NCBI GenBank assembly: GCA_041658665.1 | Contig: JBAZZR010000001.1 | Coordinates: 64,576 to 128,575, forward strand | Reading direction: 5' to 3' | Source of the DNA: Patescibacteria group bacterium | GTDB lineage: Bacteria > Patescibacteriota > Patescibacteriia > Patescibacteriales > UBA12465 | Length of the DNA stretch: 64,000 nt | Shown: positions 18,505-24,060 of the stretch, in pieces | How positions within the stretch are numbered: the stretch's first letter is position 1 | How the letters are laid out: every line of letters starts with the position of its first letter | Made by a program: the position numbers and the translations under genes | The notes under the pieces: generated by a model | The model's database searches: none | What the model saw: the letters and a program-made list of their open reading frames with translations, nothing else | What the model was told of the DNA's origin: nothing

Positions 18505-19328
18505 TTAGTGTCACTTATGTTTCCTTCTTTAGCTCTTGTTTCGGCCGGAGCTTTTGTTTGTTGAGCTTTAATAGTGCTGGCCAAATTTTCCCAAATATAT
18601 TCGAATAGTAGTTTATTCATTTGATAAATATTTTTATCTTCGATGACAATAGCCATTTTGTTATCTGACGAAACCACTTGATATGAGACTTTATTATCAT
18701 AGATTTGGACACCGCTACTAAAGTTATAGAATTCCGGAGCGAGAAAGCGAAATTCGGTAATTAAACTGTTAAAATTTTTGAGAAATTGGCGATTGAAAGA
18801 AGTATCAGCGATGATAATCTTTTTTTTAATGGCAGTCTTTTCGCGTTTCTTAGAATAGGCGTCGTTAATATCTTTGATATTTTTTTCTACCGCTTCAATA
18901 TCGGCAAAAGTATAAATGGTCGTTCGACTAGCCAAAGTGTCATTGAGACTTTTTTCAATACCCTCCTCTCCTTCATAAAATTTTACTCCCGGCTTATTGC
19001 TAATTAAACTATAAGCCGAAACTAGATCGGGCAGGGCACTAATAAATTCTTTTTTGTGTTTAATGGCGTCTTTTTCTTTTTGATCGGCAATCGTTTCGAG
19101 GCCGGATGGGTGTTCAGCCGAAAAGATAGTAATACCTTTAACTTCCTCGGTTTTAGATACTAGATTAAGCTTAATTAATTCATCCAAGCCTTTATAAGCG
19201 ACCCCCCGGGGTCTTTTTATTTTTTTGGCGATATTACTGGCTTTATCCGGACCCTGGTTTAGGAGACAGTCCAGGATTTCAGCCTGAACCTTGGATAAAC
19301 CGAGATTATAGAGGGTTTTTTCAAACAT
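18501..19328 (-). CDS. TrmB-family transcriptional regulator
   Basis: N-terminal wHTH LGLSKVQAEILDCLLNQGPDKASNIAKKIKRPRGVAYKGLDELIKLNLV. Its 3' end overlaps the convergent 848-aa gene by 4 nt. Confidence 0.7.
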   Translation of the reverse strand: MFEKTLYNLGLSKVQAEILDCLLNQGPDKASNIAKKIKRPRGVAYKGLDELIKLNLVSKTEEVKGITIFSAEHPSGLETIADQKEKDAIKHKKEFISALPDLVSAYSLISNKPGVKFYEGEEGIEKSLNDTLASRTTIYTFADIEAVEKNIKDINDAYSKKREKTAIKKKIIIADTSFNRQFLKNFNSLITEFRFLAPEFYNFSSGVQIYDNKVSYQVVSSDNKMAIVIEDKNIYQMNKLLFEYIWENLASTIKAQQTKAPAETRAKEGNISDTN

Positions 19329-19446
19329 ATATTTGGACTTCCTGAGGTTATTAGCCTTTAAGTGTGGCTTATAACCTGTGGAAAACTTTACAAAAATTAA
19401 ATTTTGTTTTGTTAATTATTTAAAGAGATACTTATCCTATAGCTAT

Positions 19447-19475
19447 ATTATAGCGCATATTGTAACTAGTGTCAA
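19447..19475 (-). promoter_or_regulatory. perfect-consensus sigma70 promoter for the TrmB-like gene
   Basis: The minus strand reads TTGACA (19475-19470), a 17-nt spacer and TATAAT (19452-19447). Confidence 0.7.
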
Positions 19476-19570
19476 CTTTTAAAAAGACAAAAAAATAAAA
19501 TAAATAGGCCTATTTTAAGCATCTCTGTATATATTTTTGTAACATTTGCTAAAAATAGTCTTTTTAAGTA

Positions 19571-19599
19571 TTGACAATAATCTAAAACAATGCTAAACT
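19571..19599 (+). promoter_or_regulatory. sigma70 promoter driving the island RNA
   Basis: TTGACA (19571-19576), a 17-nt spacer and TAAACT (19594-19599). Predicted start near 19606. Confidence 0.65.
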
Positions 19600-19605
19600 T
19601 AAGGT

Positions 19606-20400
19606 ATCGAAAATGAGAAAGGAAAGAGACGGGCAAAACAAGTACATTACATTCAAATAAAATAATGGAAGGAGAGAGTCATTATTAATCACGATACTAT
19701 TACTTCTATAACAAGGGTACTAGGCGGATTGAGCTTTCTCATTCTATATAGAGACAGATTTTTCCGCCCAGTACCCTTTTTGGTCAAAAAACGGAGCGGA
19801 TAGTCCTGAAGAGGAGAGAGGTTTAGCCGCTGCCTTAGTGCCCACAGCCTAAGGCGGAACTAAATAGTAAGAATGGTTATTAGGAATAGAAATATTAATG
19901 GTTAGCGCCACCCCATGTTGCTAGCCAGAGTTCCCGCCGGGCCATTTAACGAACTCCCCTTCATAACTATCCGCTTCAAGCGGAAACCGAAGCGACTACG
20001 GGATAGTTGCCCCAATTATTTAGGGAATAAATAACAGTTAAACTAATTTGTCAATTTTGGGAGATTAAATGGACACATAAGCTTTAGAAATAAAGTGGAG
20101 AGGGTTCATCTCCTGAGATTAACAAAAGTTTGACAGTTTGCTTCCGGATTAAATCCGGAATCAGGCGCCAAGTGAGTCAGGGCCAAGAAGCGTCGCAAAC
20201 CGCTTCAAGGTCGAGACGATCTTAGTACGGCGTGGCTCAGTTATCCGCCAGCTGGCGGATGAGCAAGCTCCCGGGACAGCACTAACGCCACCGTCTTCTT
20301 ACGAGGAGATCGGCTGAGCCCTAAACCTTGAACAAGCTTAGGCCCAGAAATTTCCTCGGAAAAATATAAGTTTGAGAGGGAAGAGTTCTTTAAATTATTT
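19606..20400 (+). ncRNA. candidate large structured non-coding RNA (~0.8 kb, unclassified)
   Basis: No ORF of 60 aa or more on either strand in the supplied track. Local GC by hand count is 35/60, 38/60 and 30/60 for the lines starting 20161, 20221 and 20281, against an AT-rich background. There are many verified hairpins (19715-19776, 19832-19855, 19973-19993, 20142-20160, 20187-20206, 20243-20260). The 3' boundary is uncertain. Confidence 0.6.
19715..19781 (+). terminator. terminator-like or attenuator hairpin inside the island RNA leader
   Basis: GGGTACTAGGCGGA ... TCCGCCCAGTACCC (14 bp, one mismatch) followed by TTTTT. It could end a ~175-nt sRNA or act as an attenuator. Confidence 0.4.
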
Positions 20401-20422
20401 CACAACAAAAAAGGAGTTCCGC

Positions 20423-20650
20423 GTGAGTAAAGTAAGCGCGGGAAGACATATGAGTGATATTCAATTAGCATTAATCAATGCGGGTTTAGTTAGTTCGCAG
20501 AAAATTAATGAAATCAATCGCCAGAAGGCGATTGATACAGAGTTTGTTAGAACCGCTAAAAAAGCGGTTCCCGGAGCCGGACGGAAAATCTGGCAAAAGT
20601 ACGCCGACCTGAAAAGGCGCGCTTCGAAAAATTTACAGTTTATCTATTAA
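20423..20650 (+). CDS. small basic protein (~75 aa), orphan
   Basis: AAGGAG at 20411-20416, 6 nt before the in-frame GTG at 20423; an ATG at 20450 is an alternative start. Lys/Arg-rich sequence ...RKIWQKYADLKRRASKNL. Confidence 0.5.
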   Translation: MSKVSAGRHMSDIQLALINAGLVSSQKINEINRQKAIDTEFVRTAKKAVPGAGRKIWQKYADLKRRASKNLQFIY

Positions 20651-20865
20651 ACTGTAAAAAAAATTTCTAAAAAAAGTTTCTAAAAACGCCGATATGCGGC
20701 ACGATTCCTAAGTTTCCGGCTTACCTCCAAGGTATCAAAGGGCTGTTTAGAAGGAATCAAAAATTTTAAATTAGTTTAGCTTATTCTGATTACAAAAAAT
20801 AAGCAGGCCATCCTACCGGACCGCCGAGGCTATCACTACGCCTGAAGTGTCCACCAAAGTTTAAA

Positions 20866-20943
20866 GAGCAGTGTCGTTCAAACATTGCTCTCCCTCCCGG
20901 GATGTGCGTCTCGGCTGATGAGTCGAAAATGACGAAAGGGAAG
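20866..20943 (+). ncRNA. type III hammerhead ribozyme, copy 1, with a 5'-adjacent hairpin
   Basis: Core: UCCCU-C (C17 at 20896). Stem I is CCGGGA/UCUCGG with loop UGUGCG. CUGAUGA at 20915-20921. Stem II is GUC-GAAAAU-GAC. GAAA at 20934-20937. Stem III is GGGA pairing with UCCC. Predicted cleavage falls between 20896 and 20897. The upstream hairpin is 20866-20890. Confidence 0.85.
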
Positions 20944-20986
20944 AACATTTACAACTAAATAGACAGTAATTTCATTTTTTGACTGA

Positions 20987-21048
20987 TTTATTTTAGTTAT
21001 TATTTTTAAAGTTTTAAAAAAGACTTTAGGGATAATAACTAAAATAAA
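20987..21048 (+). repeat. conserved AT-rich long hairpin (copy 1) between the ribozyme and the downstream start codon
   Basis: Arms TTTATTTTAGTTATTAT / ATAATAACTAAAATAAA form 17 perfect bp. The homologous copy at 24167-24225 carries compensatory changes. Confidence 0.7.
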
Positions 21049-21060
21049 AAGGAATATAAA

Positions 21061-21918
21061 ATGAAAGAAAAATATTATTTAATTAGCGATGATCTTGTTT
21101 TGTCTGAGCAAGAATTCGTTAATAAGTACAAAGTGTCTCGCGCGACTTACTATCGTGCCAAAAAGTCCGGCTATTTCATGCTGGAATATCATAAGAGGGA
21201 GATTGAGATAAATAGTGTTTTTGTTGAAAATAATTTGGCGTTAATATTTGAGTGCGCCAAGATGGCGTCGTATATTGTAGCGAGGAGATACTGGGGTCCT
21301 CTTTATTGGAGAGAAATTCAAAAAAAGTTTGGCATCACAACCGTCGACTTCCGTGATGAGGCGTTTTTGAGAATTGTTGAAAGGAGTGCGCATATTGCTG
21401 AAAAAACAGCTGGTGCTAGCGATAGCTCAAGACGTTGTTATATGCTAAAAGCCGCAAAATACGCGGTGCAGGAGTTTATTTCATTAAAACTATTTCGTTA
21501 TAGTGATAGGAATAGTCGTTTTGACGAAGAAAATAACGAAGAGGATGATAGGAGCGGTAGGATCTTTTCCTATGATCCAACCAATGAAATACATGCGCGC
21601 GTTGACACAATGGGTTCTAGAACTGAAAAAATTATCCGCTTATTAAACGAAAATGAGCGGAAAATATTTTTGGCCATCTGCGCTGGCTGGGATAGGGAGG
21701 AAATAGCGTTTCTAGATAACATAGATAACATTACGTCCACTGAAATATTAGATCGGATTAAAAAAATAATTAAAAAAATCCGGCTATTGTATGGAATTAG
21801 TGAGGGAAGAGTTGATTGGTATCCGCCTAAAACGGATAAAAATCACTCAGAAGAATTGCGTCAACTTCGTAAGAAAGTAGCGCAATATCTAAATGAAAAT
21901 TCTGTTCACTTAGTGTAA
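21061..21918 (+). CDS. divergent sigma-70-like / HTH DNA-binding protein
   Basis: N-terminal HTH (KVSRATYYRAKKSG). The C-terminal segment LNENERKIFLAICAGWDREEIA...ILDRIKKIIKKIR resembles sigma-70 region 4. FRDEAFLRIVERS resembles region 2. No database check was possible. Confidence 0.45.
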   Translation: MKEKYYLISDDLVLSEQEFVNKYKVSRATYYRAKKSGYFMLEYHKREIEINSVFVENNLALIFECAKMASYIVARRYWGPLYWREIQKKFGITTVDFRDEAFLRIVERSAHIAEKTAGASDSSRRCYMLKAAKYAVQEFISLKLFRYSDRNSRFDEENNEEDDRSGRIFSYDPTNEIHARVDTMGSRTEKIIRLLNENERKIFLAICAGWDREEIAFLDNIDNITSTEILDRIKKIIKKIRLLYGISEGRVDWYPPKTDKNHSEELRQLRKKVAQYLNENSVHLV

Positions 21919-21953
21919 AAATTAATCAATAAAAATAAAAAGGAGTCACAATC

Positions 21954-22706
21954 ATGGTTACGAAGGCGAAAGCAATTTTATTGTCAACGGAATTTATTAA
22001 TGGTTTAACTCAATTTATTCCGCAATTTTGTAGTGGTGAAGTAGTTTGGGATAATTATCACGCTTCCGCACTCTGCGGCGGGACATTAATCCCGGTTATA
22101 TTTAAATTCCGGGCGGGCGAGAAACCATCTACAGATCAGGCCTATAATGTAATAGTTTCCTCCGCGCGCGGCGACCAAGCTCGCCGGGAAAATCGAGCGA
22201 CGATTGATCACTGGGAATTGAAGTTTTATCCAGTGGGAGTCGATGAAGCAAAAAATAAATTTTATTTTCTAAGCTGTAAATTTGACGAAGAAATAGAATT
22301 TGAAAATCGAAAAGTCCCTGAAAATATAATCCGTTTCAAGGGGGTCAGTATGAAGGGAGTCATTTTTTCCCAACCGATTGGAGTTGAACCTAAATATGAT
22401 ATCCAATTAGTAACAACTGAAGTCGTATTTGACAGTTCGGTTATGCTACGTCTTGAAGGAGCGCAAACAAAAATTTTGCGTGGGCATAAGATAATAGAAA
22501 AAAAAGATAAATTTTTATCAATAGTCATCTACGATCATCGTAAAGTTTATGATGTCGTGGCTCAATGTTGTCATGAACGAAAAATTCTCAGTAATGGTCG
22601 AGTATTTGACTATTATAAACTCCACAATTTTATCGATGACGGACGTGGAGTTAATCATATTCTCACCGCTGACGGTATTTCAGCGGTAGAAGAAACGGTA
22701 GTTTAG
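21954..22706 (+). CDS. orphan protein (250 aa)
   Basis: AAGGAG ribosome-binding site 7 nt upstream. No TM, signal peptide or recognisable motif. Confidence 0.6.
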   Translation: MVTKAKAILLSTEFINGLTQFIPQFCSGEVVWDNYHASALCGGTLIPVIFKFRAGEKPSTDQAYNVIVSSARGDQARRENRATIDHWELKFYPVGVDEAKNKFYFLSCKFDEEIEFENRKVPENIIRFKGVSMKGVIFSQPIGVEPKYDIQLVTTEVVFDSSVMLRLEGAQTKILRGHKIIEKKDKFLSIVIYDHRKVYDVVAQCCHERKILSNGRVFDYYKLHNFIDDGRGVNHILTADGISAVEETVV

Positions 22707-22717
22707 TGCTAAGTTCT

Positions 22718-22800
22718 GCAGATTAGTTTGTTCAACTAATCTGCCTCTTTTCAAGGGCAGTAAAAATTTTAGTGCCCTTGAAATCGGATTCTTTAATAAC
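22718..22800 (+). terminator. double-hairpin terminator-like module, copy A
   Basis: Hairpin 1 is GCAGATTAGT/ACTAATCTGC followed by CTCTTTTC. Hairpin 2 is TCAAGGGCA/TGCCCTTGA with a loop GTAAAAATTTTAG. The homologous module is at 25404-25470. Confidence 0.55.
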
Positions 22801-22827
22801 GTGAGTCAGAAATAATCTTTATTTCAC

Positions 22828-22885
22828 AATATTGGACAGTACTTTGAATATATTTTAATAAATATTTAGAGTACTGCCCAATATT
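22828..22885 (+). promoter_or_regulatory. internal promoter bracketed by 16-nt inverted repeats (candidate operator)
   Basis: TTGAAT (22844-22849), a 17-nt spacer and TAGAGT (22867-22872). It is flanked by AATATTGGACAGTACT (22828-22843) and AGTACTGCCCAATATT (22870-22885), which match at 15 of 16 positions as an inverted repeat. Confidence 0.45.
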
Positions 22886-22971
22886 AGGCAGGGTCAGCCA
22901 ATGTCCAGTCGTAGTCCGTAAAAAAATAATTAGGACCAGACAAATGACAACGGCAAAAACAAGGAGTAGAA

Positions 22972-23550
22972 ATGAGAACTTATTTTTGGAATCGCGGTAG
23001 CTTAATCCCCGGTATATCCGTCACTAAAGATGATAAACTAGGCTTTATAGTTTATCTCGGTGAGGATGGGCGAGGTAGACGTTATGAAAAAGTTGGTCTA
23101 CTGAGAAATAACCCGGCGGAAATTATAGATGGGAAAATTTTTGAAGCTCATCCGGTTAGAATTACCGTTGGTAAAGGTACGGACAAAGAAAGAAATTTTT
23201 TTGTTCTCGCCAAGTCGATCGACAACGCCGATCCCCGTGTTATTGTCCATGTAAATACGGAATGTGTTTACACCCGCGACACTGTAGGTAAATGGACAAT
23301 GAAAGTCGGGGCCCCAGAAACCATAGTTAAGGCCTATGGCGCTCACGGAATTGCTGGCCGGATTGGTAATTGGGATGACGGGTTGATATTAATGAAACCA
23401 GGAGATGTTTTGGAGATTCGCCCGGAAGGTGGTCATAAGGTAGATTCCTACGCGCTATTTTTCGATGCGGAAGGAATCTTAACATCCATGGTTTGGAAAG
23501 ATTACGAAGCTATGCAAGCTATTTCCGGCGGGGAGGTAGATTGGTTATGA
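22972..23550 (+). CDS. orphan protein (192 aa)
   Basis: AAGGAG ribosome-binding site upstream. The stop codon overlaps the next start (ATGA at 23547-23550). Confidence 0.6.
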   Translation: MRTYFWNRGSLIPGISVTKDDKLGFIVYLGEDGRGRRYEKVGLLRNNPAEIIDGKIFEAHPVRITVGKGTDKERNFFVLAKSIDNADPRVIVHVNTECVYTRDTVGKWTMKVGAPETIVKAYGAHGIAGRIGNWDDGLILMKPGDVLEIRPEGGHKVDSYALFFDAEGILTSMVWKDYEAMQAISGGEVDWL

Positions 23551-24008
23551 AAACATTAAAATGTTTTACTCTGTCTGGGAAAGACGTTTCTCCCGTGATT
23601 AAAATGGAAAAAGGAAAAATTTCCTGTTGGGGTGGGCCCGGTCAACCCGACATTCCTTTCGTTTATGCTCTAAATCCTGAAGTAAACGAATATAGTATTG
23701 CTAATATCGGTAAAAAAACTAATCAATTTTTTTTACAAATTGGTGAAGGAGAAGTTGACCAGCATCAAACCCTAGTTTTTGTCCATGAATATTTTAATGG
23801 GTCTGGTGCAAAAAGATGGCCCGGTTTCCACATTGATTGGAATAATGCCGGACAAGTGGAAATTTTGATTCAGACCCAGCGCCACTATGGGAGCGGTTCC
23901 GATACTTGGTCGTTAATCATCGCTCCACACGGCTGGGTAGAAAATATTGCCGCTCAATTTATTGATGAGCGAGATTATCCGAGTCAGATTATTTCCTACA
24001 AATTGTAA
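23547..24008 (+). CDS. orphan protein (153 aa), translationally coupled to the upstream ORF
   Basis: ATG at 23547 preceded by GGAGG at 23532-23536. The ORF-track start at 23493 lies inside the upstream gene and has no ribosome-binding site. Confidence 0.55.
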   Translation: MKTLKCFTLSGKDVSPVIKMEKGKISCWGGPGQPDIPFVYALNPEVNEYSIANIGKKTNQFFLQIGEGEVDQHQTLVFVHEYFNGSGAKRWPGFHIDWNNAGQVEILIQTQRHYGSGSDTWSLIIAPHGWVENIAAQFIDERDYPSQIISYKL

Positions 24009-24060
24009 TTTTAGAGTAGGGTCGGCTGTATAAAATCTGGGGGCACTTAAGTTCAAAATT

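Noticed and set aside
19606-20400. I considered whether the large structured RNA could be a housekeeping RNA: RNase P RNA, tmRNA, SRP RNA or 6S RNA.
   Set aside because: It has no GGAAAGUCCGGGC / ACAGAAxCCGGCUUA P4 strands; only a weak GGAAAGAGACGGGC at 19621 is present. It has no tRNA-like acceptor and T-arm ending with a tag ORF, and no SRP GGAA/AGCA domain IV motif. At about 800 nt it is far larger than 6S or SRP RNA. Only a covariance-model search could settle this definitively.
20660-20686. A short direct repeat TTTCTAAAAA occurs twice after the small basic ORF. I considered it as a CRISPR-like or iteron repeat.
   Set aside because: There are only two copies of a 10-nt low-complexity A/T motif, with no spacer-repeat periodicity. 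There are no cas genes anywhere in the window.
20987-21048. I considered the AT-rich conserved hairpin as a DNA promoter rather than an RNA element.
   Set aside because: Candidate -35 and -10 hexamers (TTAAAG ... GATAAT in copy 1) have 19-nt spacing and are not preserved in copy 2. In contrast, base pairing of the arms is preserved by compensatory changes, which favours an RNA-structure role.
23493-23546. The ORF-track start at 23493 for the 171-aa ORF (MERLRSYASYFRRGGRLV...).
   Set aside because: It lies inside the upstream 192-aa gene with no ribosome-binding site. The in-frame ATG at 23547 has a GGAGG 10 nt upstream and forms an ATGA stop-start overlap.
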